Position numbers and translations under genes: made by a program. Positions 16,326-25,140 of a stretch of DNA of 64,000 bases are shown here, piece after piece (the stretch's first letter is position 1; each line of letters opens with the position of its first letter). The notes under the pieces are model-generated. The model had not been told where the DNA came from and searched no databases. It worked only from the letters and a program-made list of their open reading frames with translations. The DNA lies in assembly GCA_035503715.1 (NCBI GenBank), contig DATJTE010000117.1:4832-68831 (forward strand), written 5' to 3'. The stretch comes from Rhizobiaceae bacterium. Its GTDB lineage: Bacteria; Pseudomonadota; Alphaproteobacteria; Rhizobiales; Rhizobiaceae.

Positions 16326-17009
16326 CCCTCGGAATGATTGCGACTGCTAGGGTTCCGATCTTTCCGGGAGACCGTATTCAATTTCGCTTCTCTGCTTTTC
16401 ATGTCGGATCGCTCCGCTTTTCGGATGATGCCAAGCCGACGCGGATCGGCGGTTCCAACCCCCGAACCACGCCGACATGGCCCCAACGAATCGGTGCAGG
16501 GAAATGGAGAGCTGCACCGATCTGAGCGCTGACCGGAGATCCAGCGCGCTGAAAAAGGTAACACGCTGAGATGTGACGTCTACCCCAAAAATTACAAATT
16601 GTTTCAGAGCGTGATCGGTCGGCCCGCCAGCCTCGCCCCCATCGCACGAGGGCTTTGGCTCGCGCCTGATCAGCATGGGCATCTCTGGAGCTGGCAACGC
16701 GGACCTTAGCTATGCCACCGGGGGTTTCAAAGCGGCGTTTTCGTGCCGAGCCGATCAAGTTGTCATCTGAAAAAAGAAAATCGAAGCCCACTTTTCGGCA
16801 GGCTTCGATCATCCGCAATCGTGCTCTCGGCGAGAGCCACAGATAACGGTCGCCTTCGGCAAATGGTTCCTGAGTTAGCGCACCAACAGCACGAGCATCA
16901 GAATGATGATCGCGATCGCCGATGAAAAGAGCGCTATCCGGCGCATGGCGAAGCCTCGTGCATAGGTGGAGGAGGCGAATGTTCGCCTCCTCCAAAGTTT
17001 CAAGCGTGG

Positions 17010-17675
17010 TCAGGCTTTCAGGAATGGCTTGGCCGCAGCCAAGACCTCTTCCTTGGTCTTCGGCTCGTCGAAGGCGCCATCCCAGCCCTTCTTGCCGCCG
17101 ATGCGACGGACCTCAGCCGCATGCCGTGCTTCCACCGAGTGGATTTGAAGGGCAGCGGTGAGGATGTCGTCGCTCTCGATCAGGGTGCCTGCCTGGCCTT
17201 TGTAGGCTGCGACGCCGAGGTCTTCGAACGTTTGCGACAAGGTCAGGAACGTGTCGAAGTTCGAAAACACGTCGGCATACTTACCGCCGGCGGTGAAGTC
17301 GGCTTCCGGCCGCTTCACCGCCGCCGAGCCAAGCGCGCCAGACAGGAACGCGACGTGGGCGGCTTCATGCGCTCCGATCTGGTTGAACACGGCCTTGTGT
17401 TCGTCCGGATAAATGCCGGCGTCGTAACCCGAGCGGTAGAACGCGTCTTCGATGTGCTCGAGCGTCAGCGCGAAGTTGAGCGTGTCCACGATCTGCTGCG
17501 GAATGCCTTGCGCGAAGACTTCGCGCGACGCTGCAGCCAGCACCAGCGGTGCCGACGCCATTGCGCCGAGACCAAACGCTGCCTTGGTGAAGAGGCCGCG
17601 CCGGTTGGTGACGAGACGGTCGACAAGATCGGGATCGAGGCCGCCAAGGATGGTCGTATTGGGTTGAATGGTCAT
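17010..17675 (-). CDS. Ferritin-like domain protein with Tat signal
   Basis: NRRGLFTKAAFGLGAMASAP twin-Arg signal. FALTLEHIEDAFY...HEAAHVAFL...HSVEARHAAEVR is a ferritin-like di-iron style repeat. Paralogue of the upstream gene. Confidence 0.75.
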   Translation of the reverse strand: MTIQPNTTILGGLDPDLVDRLVTNRRGLFTKAAFGLGAMASAPLVLAAASREVFAQGIPQQIVDTLNFALTLEHIEDAFYRSGYDAGIYPDEHKAVFNQIGAHEAAHVAFLSGALGSAAVKRPEADFTAGGKYADVFSNFDTFLTLSQTFEDLGVAAYKGQAGTLIESDDILTAALQIHSVEARHAAEVRRIGGKKGWDGAFDEPKTKEEVLAAAKPFLKA

Positions 17676-17687
17676 GTCGAAATCTCC

Positions 17688-18365
17688 TTAGAGGCTGTTC
17701 GCGGTGACTTCGGTCTTGATGAACGGCTTGGCTGCCTTGAGCACATGGCCCGGCTCCATCACCACATCGAGACCGGTCTTGTCGTCGACGATGTCCGAAC
17801 CGGCGAACGATGGGCCACCCGGCTGCAGAAGGTCGCGAATGACAGCGGCGTGACGCGCCTCGACCGAAACGATACGGCCGGCGGCGGTGAGATAATCCGG
17901 ATTCTGGATCAGCTTGCCGGCGCCGTTGTAGGCGGAGACACCAAGGTCCTCGAATGTCTTGGCGGTGCCGAGCACCGAGGCGCGGTCGCCGAAATTGACT
18001 GCCGAGAAATCGACTTCCAGATCGGGGATCGCCTTGTCGGCGAGCGCACCTTTCAGGAAATCGACATGCGCTTTCTCGTGATCGCGGATGTCGGTGAGGA
18101 TCGACTTCTCATCGTCGGTGATACCGCTGTAAGCGCTCTCGACGACCCTGGTGTAGAAGGCAGCTTCGAGTTGCTCCAGCGCATAGGCGTAGTTGAGAAT
18201 GCCAATGTCGCCTTCGCCGAGGTCGGCGGCCAGGGCTGATGAGATCCCGAAGTTCGGAAGTCGGCCACCGAACGCAGCAAGTGCAATCGCGGTGCCTCCC
18301 GTCCATTTCAAAACAGTTCTGCGTGAGTGTGTGACGGACCCGCCGCCGCTTTTTTCTTTGAGCAT
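17688..18365 (-). CDS. Ferritin-like domain protein with Tat signal
   Basis: Start MLKEKSGG at 18365 (GGAGAG 5 nt upstream). SRRTVLKWTGGTAIALAAFG, YAYALEQLEAAFY...HEKAHVDFL...VSVEARHAAVIR. Confidence 0.75.
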   Translation of the reverse strand: MLKEKSGGGSVTHSRRTVLKWTGGTAIALAAFGGRLPNFGISSALAADLGEGDIGILNYAYALEQLEAAFYTRVVESAYSGITDDEKSILTDIRDHEKAHVDFLKGALADKAIPDLEVDFSAVNFGDRASVLGTAKTFEDLGVSAYNGAGKLIQNPDYLTAAGRIVSVEARHAAVIRDLLQPGGPSFAGSDIVDDKTGLDVVMEPGHVLKAAKPFIKTEVTANSL

Positions 18366-18615
18366 ATTGCTCTCCATTCTTGGCTTGCGGAGGAGTCCGC
18401 ACTCAAAGCCACGAGACGGTGAGCAAATAGTTTTCTAACTATATGAATTTATTTATGAAATTGTGAGTGGATGGAACATGCTAAAGCCGGCCTTCAGTCG
18501 GCCTTCTCTCTCTCTCTAAACATTCAGGCGGCAGAAATGTTCCCTACAAGCATTGCTGACAATGCTGCGTCGGCCCAGGTCGGAAATACTCCGCCGAGCC
18601 GTTGCAGGGCGTTTG

Positions 18616-18640
18616 GGAACAGAATGTGCTTCCAGATGTT
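18616..18640 (+). promoter_or_regulatory. Candidate EcfG (general stress sigma)-type promoter
   Basis: GGAAC (18616-18620), N16, TGTT (18637-18640), versus the alphaproteobacterial consensus GGAAC-N16/17-CGTT; ~55 nt upstream of the 18697 ATG. Confidence 0.35.
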
Positions 18641-18696
18641 TCGATCGCAGCGTGTGGGAAGCTTTGTAAAAGCGCTTCAGCGACTGGAGAACTGTC

Positions 18697-18996
18697 ATGC
18701 CACGTGGCGATAAGTCCAGGTACACCGACAAACAGGAACGCAAAGCCGACCACATTGCAGAAGGCTACGAAAAGCGTGGGGTTTCTGAGAAAGAGGCTGA
18801 GCGTCGCGCGTGGGCAACGGTCAACAAAGATGACGGCGGCGGTAAGAAAGCCGGAGGGTCGGGCCGCGGTAAGAAGACTGGAAGTCCAGCTGCGCATAAA
18901 GGTGGCCGAAAAGGAGGAGCGGCGAGCGCTTCACGATCCGCCGCCGCGCGTTCGGCCAGTGCGAAGAAGGCAGCCGCTACCCGCAACTCCAAGTGA
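18697..18996 (+). CDS. Small basic Lys/Gly/Ala-rich stress-type protein (99 aa)
   Basis: MPRGDKSRYTDKQERKADHIAEGYEKRGVSEKEAERRAWATVNKDDGGGKK...; conserved N-terminal ~45 aa recalled from rhizobial small proteins, followed by a low-complexity basic tail. Confidence 0.6.
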   Translation: MPRGDKSRYTDKQERKADHIAEGYEKRGVSEKEAERRAWATVNKDDGGGKKAGGSGRGKKTGSPAAHKGGRKGGAASASRSAAARSASAKKAAATRNSK

Positions 18997-19631
18997 CGAG
19001 CGAACTGATGGGCAAGAACGACCTGAAGGCATTCGCGCTTAACTGCTCGCTGAAGACATCGCAAGCCGCCGAAGTCAGCTCCACCGATAAGATGATTGCG
19101 GATCTGTTTGAGCTTCTCGAAAAGCATGGCGTTGTTTGTGACTCCGCCCGCGCGGCGGATTTCGAGATCAAGCCGGGCGTCCTGTCGGACGAGGGCGATG
19201 GCGATCAATGGCCTCAGCTCCGTAAGCGAATACTCGCGGCAGACATCTTCGTTCTGGGCACGCCGATCTGGCTCGGGCAGCCGTCAAGCATTGCCAAGCG
19301 GGTCGTCGAGCGCATGGATGCGTTTCTGGAGGAAACCGATCAGTCGAAACGGATGCCACCATCGGGCAAGGTCGCCATTGTCGCTGTCGTTGGAAATGAG
19401 GACGGCGCCCATCATTGTCATGCAGCAATGTTCCAGGCGCTGAACGACGTGGGATTCACGATACCCGCAAACGCTGGGGCGTATTGGGTCGGTGAGGCGA
19501 TGGGTGATGTGAATTACGTCGACCTTAAAAGAGTACCGGAGAAGGTGAGCGAGACGCTGACGATGCTGGCGTCAAACACGGTTCACATTGCGAGTGTGCT
19601 TAAGAAGCAGACCTACCCAGGCGTTGAATGA
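18993..19631 (+). CDS. NAD(P)H-dependent FMN reductase / flavodoxin-like fold protein
   Basis: LKAFALNCSLKTS...ILAADIFVLGTPIWLGQPSS...VAVVGNEDGAHH. The start is either GTG 18993 (GTGA overlap with the upstream stop) or ATG 19008. Confidence 0.7.
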   Translation: MTSELMGKNDLKAFALNCSLKTSQAAEVSSTDKMIADLFELLEKHGVVCDSARAADFEIKPGVLSDEGDGDQWPQLRKRILAADIFVLGTPIWLGQPSSIAKRVVERMDAFLEETDQSKRMPPSGKVAIVAVVGNEDGAHHCHAAMFQALNDVGFTIPANAGAYWVGEAMGDVNYVDLKRVPEKVSETLTMLASNTVHIASVLKKQTYPGVE

Positions 19632-19666
19632 ACTACATCAGTGGGTGATCGGCCCGCGCGAGCACG

Positions 19667-20221
19667 TTACCGCTTCACTCGACTTTGCCCCTCTTGTAGG
19701 CGTGCCCATGCGTCAGCCCGCTCTAGCCAGCCTTCAAAAATGAGCTGCTTACCGGTCCCGGCGACTGCGGCTTCGAAAAATTCTTCGATCTCGCCACGGA
19801 GCCGCTTGCAAACGTTTGTTTCCGTCGGCGCATCCGCTGGGTGAGGCCATAGGATGAACCGGTCGTTGCGCAGGATCATTCCATCGGAATTCTGCTGGCG
19901 AACCGCCAAGCACCCAAGCAAGTCGCACTTGATCACAACGCCCGGCGCAGTCGTAGCTCCGTGAATGACGAGCCCGTCTAGCGGGTCGCCATCTTCGCCG
20001 AGTGTGGATGGAATAAATCCCCAGTCATAAGGATAGGATAGGCCAAGGGGCAGCGCCCGCGAGTACTCGAACACACCAGAAGCCGGATCGTAAGCGATCT
20101 TGGCGGTGGAGCCGCGCGGGGTCTCCACCACTAAGCGCACGAGATCGCCATTCACGGTATCAAGCTGATCGTAACGCATCAGGTCTACCGCCGACTCAAT
20201 CGGGAGCGTCGGGCGCTCCAT
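19667..20221 (-). CDS. Inorganic pyrophosphatase family protein
   Basis: YPYDWGFIPSTLGEDGDPLDGLV matches the family I PPase signature (YGFIPxTxxxDGDPxDxLV). Confidence 0.7.
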   Translation of the reverse strand: MERPTLPIESAVDLMRYDQLDTVNGDLVRLVVETPRGSTAKIAYDPASGVFEYSRALPLGLSYPYDWGFIPSTLGEDGDPLDGLVIHGATTAPGVVIKCDLLGCLAVRQQNSDGMILRNDRFILWPHPADAPTETNVCKRLRGEIEEFFEAAVAGTGKQLIFEGWLERADAWARLQEGQSRVKR

Positions 20222-20420
20222 TCACCGTGCCGTCCGGATTGTTGGCTTGGCTGTCGCCACCCGTTCCAGTATCCGGCGTCGGATCAGTATCTACGGTTGG
20301 CGCAGTGTCGATGGCCGTAGGTTGTCTGCCGGAAGAGTTCGTTGTGGTGGGATCTTCACTGCAACCAGCAGCGAGAAATGCAAAGCTTACCGCAATCAAC
20401 ATTTTAAACGACGTCACCAT
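20196..20420 (-). CDS. Small lipoprotein (Thr/Pro/Asp-rich)
   Basis: MVTSFKMLIAVSFAFLAAGC has lipobox LAAGC; the 3' end overlaps the PPase start by 26 nt. Confidence 0.5.
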   Translation of the reverse strand: MVTSFKMLIAVSFAFLAAGCSEDPTTTNSSGRQPTAIDTAPTVDTDPTPDTGTGGDSQANNPDGTVNGAPDAPD

Positions 20421-20479
20421 AAGCGCATCCTCTTTGGTATGAGTAGCGCCCAATGTCTCACATCGGGCGGCTTTAGATG

Positions 20480-20776
20480 TCAGTCATGGTGCTCAGGCAT
20501 CTTCTTGAGCCCGTCTTTGGTCCAAGAAGTGACCGCGTGAACTTCGCCATCCTCGTCGCGCATGAAATCGAGCTGGCGTGCAGGCACAGCAACTGGTTTC
20601 GCGCCGATGCCGAGAAAGCCACCAACATCGACGACGACCTGGCTGCTTCCGCCGGTGCCGTGCATATGTGAAACGGACCCGACCTTTTCGTCGTCTGCGC
20701 CGTAGATTGTAGCGCCTTCCACATTGGCCGGCGTCAATTCGGCATCGGTCAGCCGAATGTGCTTTGAATGGTCCAT
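20480..20776 (-). CDS. PRC-barrel domain protein (98 aa)
   Basis: MDHSKHIRLTDAELTPANVEGATIYGADDEKVGSVSHM...VVDVGGFLGIGAKPVAVP; AAGGAG 8 nt upstream of the ATG at 20776. Confidence 0.7.
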   Translation of the reverse strand: MDHSKHIRLTDAELTPANVEGATIYGADDEKVGSVSHMHGTGGSSQVVVDVGGFLGIGAKPVAVPARQLDFMRDEDGEVHAVTSWTKDGLKKMPEHHD

Positions 20777-20801
20777 GATTTGTCTCCTTTGGATAATCGT
20801 G

Positions 20802-20826
20802 AACCCGCGAATGCCTCGGCGGTTCC
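20802..20826 (-). promoter_or_regulatory. Candidate EcfG-type promoter for the PRC-barrel gene
   Basis: Minus strand reads GGAAC (20826-20822), N16, GGTT (20805-20802), ~25 nt upstream of the ATG at 20776. Confidence 0.4.
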
Positions 20827-21450
20827 ACGACAGGAGAGAGACTGCGAGCCGGACGGGACAGGTGCTCGTCTGCCGCTTCGTTGGCCAGCGAGGGAAATCG
20901 GGAAAATCCCGCTGTTCACCATGTACCGCCGTGCCCGATTGGCGCGGCCCGCAGCCTCGCATGAACGTAAGCGGACCGATTAGGTTGCGATCACGGCGCG
21001 CCGGCTAATCTGACTCTGCGCTACGCGTCTTCGAGGACTTGCCTCAAAATTGGCTTCAGAGTGCATATTCAGCCTCAGAGCTGCCGATCACGCACTTCAG
21101 CAGAGCGTCAGCTTTTGGGTTGAAACGTAGCTCGTTCGCACGTCCGAATTGCCGGCGCAAAGCTGACGCGGCAGCACCTTCTATACGCAGTTGGACACCA
21201 GTGCGCTTCGGCAGGCAAGGGACTCTGAGAAACGGCTCGAAGGCGCCCACGGTAACCGCTTGATTTCATTCGATTGGCAGGCTGACCACCGACTCGTTCA
21301 AGTGGGCAGCTTCGGAGAAAAAGCCGGGAGAGAACACAAACCAGTCGCTGCCGCACTGTTACCCGGTGGACAGCTGCTCCAGCGAAGGCCGGAAACACTG
21401 CGCTGCTGGAGGTGATGAAGCGCTCGGGAGAAAGTCGGACACAGACTGAT

Positions 21451-21540
21451 TGGCGGAGGGAGTGGGATTCGAACCCACGGTGGGCTTGCACCCACGCCGG
21501 TTTTCAAGACCGGTGCCTTAAACCGCTCGGCCATCCCTCC
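21451..21540 (-). tRNA. tRNA-Ser (anticodon UGA), 90 nt with encoded CCA
   Basis: Minus strand: GGAGGGATGGCCGAGCGGTTTAAGGCACCGGTCTTGAAAACCGGCGTGGGTGCAAGCCCACCGTGGGTTCGAATCCCACTCCCTCCGCCA. Anticodon loop CTTGAAA, long variable arm, GGTTCGAATCC T-arm. Confidence 0.95.
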
Positions 21541-21779
21541 GGCATTGCGCATATGCGACAAGAACCCCGCCAGTTCAAGCGCGTGTGCACAACGCGCGAA
21601 GCGCTCATCGTGGTCGTGGTCACAATCTTGCCGGTATCCCGCCATATTCGGTTAATAGGAAAACAATCAATTCCTGCTTGAAGGAAGGGTAGGGGCTCCA
21701 TCCTTCTGCAGGAATTGAGAAAGCCCGTCTGAGTTCGAGTGGCGGTGTCTCGGTGGGGATTTTCGGGGACGTTCTTCTG

Positions 21780-23078
21780 ATGGCTGGTCCGGCGCGCAAG
21801 CGCCTCTCCCGGACAACTGCAATCGCGATCGTGGCCGTTTCGGCGGCGTTTCTCGTTGCCTGCTCGACCTCGCAGCCGAAAGGCATGGTTCACCGCAAGA
21901 CGGTGAAGTCGAAGGAATATTTCTCCGAAGCCGAATATGGCGTGAAGGCAAGCCCGCGCGTCACCAACAAGCGCTCGCGGTTGCCGCGCGGCGGTGGCCG
22001 CGACCAGCTCGGCAAGCCCTACAAGGTCAAGGGCAAGTGGTATTACCCGAAGGAAGAGCGCGACTACCGCAAGACCGGCGCCGCGTCCTGGTACGGTGAC
22101 GCCTTCCACGGGCGGCTGACCGCCAATGGCGAAATCTACGACATGACGCATCTGACGGCTGCGCATCCGACCATGCCGCTGCCGAGCTACGCGCGCGTCA
22201 CCAATATGAAGAACGGCGCCTCCGTCATCGTGCGCGTCAACGATCGCGGGCCGTACGCCCGTGGCCGCATCATCGATCTGTCGAAGCGCGCGGCGCAGCT
22301 TCTCGATTACACACATACCGGCATCGCCAAGGTGCAGGTCGATTATGTCGGCCGCGCGCCGCTCGATGGCAATGACGATCAGTATCTGATGGCGTCGTAC
22401 CGGCCGAACGGCGTGCGCGCCGATCCGCTGTCCGATGGGCTGCCGGAAGGCGTCATGATCGCCATGAACGGGCGCACGCCAAGCGCGCCGGCAGGCGGCG
22501 TTGTCGTGGCTTCGGCCTTTCCCAATGTGTTCAAGACGCGCCGCATCGTCGGCGAGCCAATCGCGGTAGAGAGCGCGCCGATCGCAAGCGAGCCGGTCCA
22601 GGTGATGCCCGTCACCTATCAAAGCGATGTGGCGTACGGCGATCCGGTGCTGCCGGAGTTCGGACCGATCGTGCCCGAGCGTCCGGCGCAGGATATCTTC
22701 TACCCGCAAACGCAGACCGCCTTCGCCGTCATGTCCTACGCCGACGACCGGGTGAAGCAGGCGGTCGACCCCTTTGCGGGCATGGGTCATGCCGGCATGA
22801 GCGCCGACGATATCGTCTCCGCGTGGAAGCGCCAGAACGGGGGAGCTTCGCCGGCGGACAGTTATGTCGCGGCGGGCTCGTTCGCGAAAAGCGGAGAGGC
22901 GGAGCAGGTCGCCAAGGCCTTGTCCGCGTTCGGCCGCACGTCGATCGAAATCGCCGAGGATCAGGGCGTCAAATGGTACATGGTGAGCCTGCGCTCGGAC
23001 AGCCGCGCATCGCTCGACGCCATGCTTGAAGCAGCCTGGGCGAATGGCGCGCCGGACGCGCTTGTCGTTCGCGATTAA
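21780..23078 (+). CDS. rlpA: Septal ring lytic transglycosylase RlpA family lipoprotein with C-terminal SPOR-like domain
   Basis: Lipobox FLVAC. DPBB core GAASWYGDAFHGRLTANGEIYDMTHLTAAHPTMPLPSYARVTNMKNGASVIVRVNDRGPY. Start is ATG 21780 or GTG 21753. Confidence 0.85.
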   Translation: MAGPARKRLSRTTAIAIVAVSAAFLVACSTSQPKGMVHRKTVKSKEYFSEAEYGVKASPRVTNKRSRLPRGGGRDQLGKPYKVKGKWYYPKEERDYRKTGAASWYGDAFHGRLTANGEIYDMTHLTAAHPTMPLPSYARVTNMKNGASVIVRVNDRGPYARGRIIDLSKRAAQLLDYTHTGIAKVQVDYVGRAPLDGNDDQYLMASYRPNGVRADPLSDGLPEGVMIAMNGRTPSAPAGGVVVASAFPNVFKTRRIVGEPIAVESAPIASEPVQVMPVTYQSDVAYGDPVLPEFGPIVPERPAQDIFYPQTQTAFAVMSYADDRVKQAVDPFAGMGHAGMSADDIVSAWKRQNGGASPADSYVAAGSFAKSGEAEQVAKALSAFGRTSIEIAEDQGVKWYMVSLRSDSRASLDAMLEAAWANGAPDALVVRD

Positions 23079-23229
23079 ACGCGGCGGCGCATTCTTCGCC
23101 TGCTAAAAATCGAACGAAATCAAGCGTCTCCTGAAAATCCGCCATATTTGAATGGTTGTCCGTCCGGCGAAGGGCTGGTAGCTTCGTCCGATCTTGCGAG
23201 TGTGTGGGTTGGGCGTACGGGACAATCGC

Positions 23230-24396
23230 ATGGCATCTTGGGTCCAGATGCGCGTCTTTGCGTGCGTCGGCGCGTATCTGGCGCTGACGGTTTCGGCAGG
23301 CGCCCAGCTTTTCGAGACCAAGGCCACGCAGGCCTACATGATCGACGCCACGACCGGCACGGTCCTCTTTTCGAAAGATCCCGACAAGCCGATCCCGCCG
23401 GCGTCACTGGCCAAGCTGATGACGATGGAGCTGGTCTTCCATGGGCTGAAGACCGGGCGGCTCTCCATGGACGACACGTTCATCGTCAGTGAAAACGCCT
23501 GGCGCACCGGCGGCGCGCCGTCCGGCACGTCGACCATGTTCGCCGCGCTTAAATCGGAGATCCGGATCGAGGACCTGATCCAGGGCGTCGTCGTGCAGTC
23601 GGCAAATGACGGCTGCATCATCATCGCGGAAGGCATGTCGGGGACAGAAGAAATCTTTGCCCAGCAGATGACGGATCGCGCCCGCGCGCTCGGCTTCGAA
23701 AAATTGACCTTCAAGAACTCCACCGGCCTGCCCGCCGACGGGCAGGTGGTGACGGTGCGGGAGCTGGCAAGGCTCGGCGAACACATCTGGAAAACCTATC
23801 CCGAATACTTCAAATATTACTCCCAGCCCGAGTTCACCTGGAACAAGATCACGCAGAAAAACCGCAACCCGCTGCTCTCCATGGGCATCGGCGCGGACGG
23901 CATGAAGACCGGTTTCACCGAGGAATCCGGCTACGCCATTGTCGGCTCGGCAGCGCGCGACGGGCGGCGCATCTTTGTGGCGCTCGGCGGCATGACGAGC
24001 GAGCGCGAGCGCGCCGAGGAAGCGCGTAAGATCATCGAGTGGGGCATGAAGGCGTTCGAGAAGAACGAGCTGTTCGCCGACGGCGAAACCGTCGGCGAGG
24101 CGCAGGTCTATGGCGGCGAGAAGGGCGGCGTCGCACTCAAAGCCAAGGGGCCGATCTCGATCCTCATCCCGCTCGCCAACCGTGACCGGTTGATCGCGCG
24201 CATTGTCTATGAAGGCCCGGTTGTCGCGCCGGTCGAAGAGGGAACGCCGGTCGGCTCGCTGAAAGTGTGGATCGGCGACACGCTCTCGCAGGAGACGCCG
24301 CTCTTCGCCGCGGAGAGCGTCGGCGTGGGCACGCTCTGGCAGCGTGCGCAGGACGCCGTATTCGAACTGCTCACAGGCTGGCTCCGTACCGTCTGA
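23230..24396 (+). CDS. D-alanyl-D-alanine carboxypeptidase (PBP5/6 family)
   Basis: Signal peptide, SxxK (PPASLAKLMT), SAND (SxN), KTGFT (KTG). Alternative start at 23248. Confidence 0.85.
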   Translation: MASWVQMRVFACVGAYLALTVSAGAQLFETKATQAYMIDATTGTVLFSKDPDKPIPPASLAKLMTMELVFHGLKTGRLSMDDTFIVSENAWRTGGAPSGTSTMFAALKSEIRIEDLIQGVVVQSANDGCIIIAEGMSGTEEIFAQQMTDRARALGFEKLTFKNSTGLPADGQVVTVRELARLGEHIWKTYPEYFKYYSQPEFTWNKITQKNRNPLLSMGIGADGMKTGFTEESGYAIVGSAARDGRRIFVALGGMTSERERAEEARKIIEWGMKAFEKNELFADGETVGEAQVYGGEKGGVALKAKGPISILIPLANRDRLIARIVYEGPVVAPVEEGTPVGSLKVWIGDTLSQETPLFAAESVGVGTLWQRAQDAVFELLTGWLRTV

Positions 24397-24462
24397 GGTA
24401 CAATCACCTTTGCCATGGACCCGACCGGCATTGCGCCTTAAGACGGCTGCCGGAAACGGATT

Positions 24463-25140
24463 TTGCATGTGAATCGCGGTTTTTTCATCACCTTCGAGGG
24501 CGGCGAGGGCGCCGGCAAGTCGACGCAGATCACGCGTCTTGCCGAGCGGCTGCGCGTGCTTGAATACAAGGTGCTGGTGACGCGCGAGCCGGGCGGCTCG
24601 CCGGGTGCGGAAGCCGTGCGGCATGTGCTGCTCTCAGGCGCCGCCGAGCCGTTCGGTCCGGGGATGGAAGCCATACTTTTTGCCGCCGCGCGTTCCGATC
24701 ATGTCGAACAGGTCATCCGGCCGGCGGTTGAAAAAGGCGAGATCGTGCTCTGCGACCGGTTTCTCGATTCCTCGCGTGTCTATCAGGGCGTTTCGTCCGG
24801 TCTCGATCCGCATTTCATGGCAGCACTCGAGCGCGTCGCGATCAACGGCATGATGCCCGACCTGACGCTCATCCTCGACCTCGATCCGGAAGAGGGACTG
24901 CGTCGCGCAACGGAACGGCGTGGCGGCGATCATGCGGATCGGTATGAGAAAGAGACAGTGGAAATTCACCGCAAGCGCCGCGAGGCCTATCTGGCGATCG
25001 CGGCGGCCGAGCCGGATCGCTGTATCGTCGTCGACGCTTCGGCATCGCCTGACGATGTGGAGGCAGTGATCGCCGCGGCCGTGCTTGCAGCGCTGGACGC
25101 GATCCGCGACGGCGGGCCGGTGGAGAAGGCGGCATCCTGA
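24463..25140 (+). CDS. tmk: Thymidylate kinase
   Basis: [16 protein letters not shown]-loop, TREPGG, DRF...S..YQG. Non-ATG start (TTG 24463 or GTG 24469). Confidence 0.9.
   Translation: MHVNRGFFITFEGGEGAGKSTQITRLAERLRVLEYKVLVTREPGGSPGAEAVRHVLLSGAAEPFGPGMEAILFAAARSDHVEQVIRPAVEKGEIVLCDRFLDSSRVYQGVSSGLDPHFMAALERVAINGMMPDLTLILDLDPEEGLRRATERRGGDHADRYEKETVEIHRKRREAYLAIAAAEPDRCIVVDASASPDDVEAVIAAAVLAALDAIRDGGPVEKAAS

Noticed and set aside
16330-17005. Overlapping ORFs in several frames (16399..16995, 16347..16697, 16277..16564, all minus strand) that might be a frameshifted decayed gene
   Set aside because: I recognise no family motif in any frame, the protein-like character is weak, and there is no good RBS. 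I left the region unannotated; BLASTX would decide.
20960-21450. A ~490-bp gap between the PRC-barrel gene and tRNA-Ser, inspected for an integrase remnant or a direct repeat of the tRNA 3' end
   Set aside because: By eye I found no integrase-like frame and no copy of the tRNA 3' end. ORF 21108..21491 overlaps the tRNA and is spurious.
21504-24624. ORFs 21504..22790 (-, 428 aa) and 23404..24624 (-, 406 aa)
   Set aside because: They lie opposite rlpA and the D-Ala-D-Ala carboxypeptidase gene, and the first also runs through the tRNA-Ser gene. Their composition is Arg/His/Asp-rich junk; the sense-strand genes have clear family motifs.
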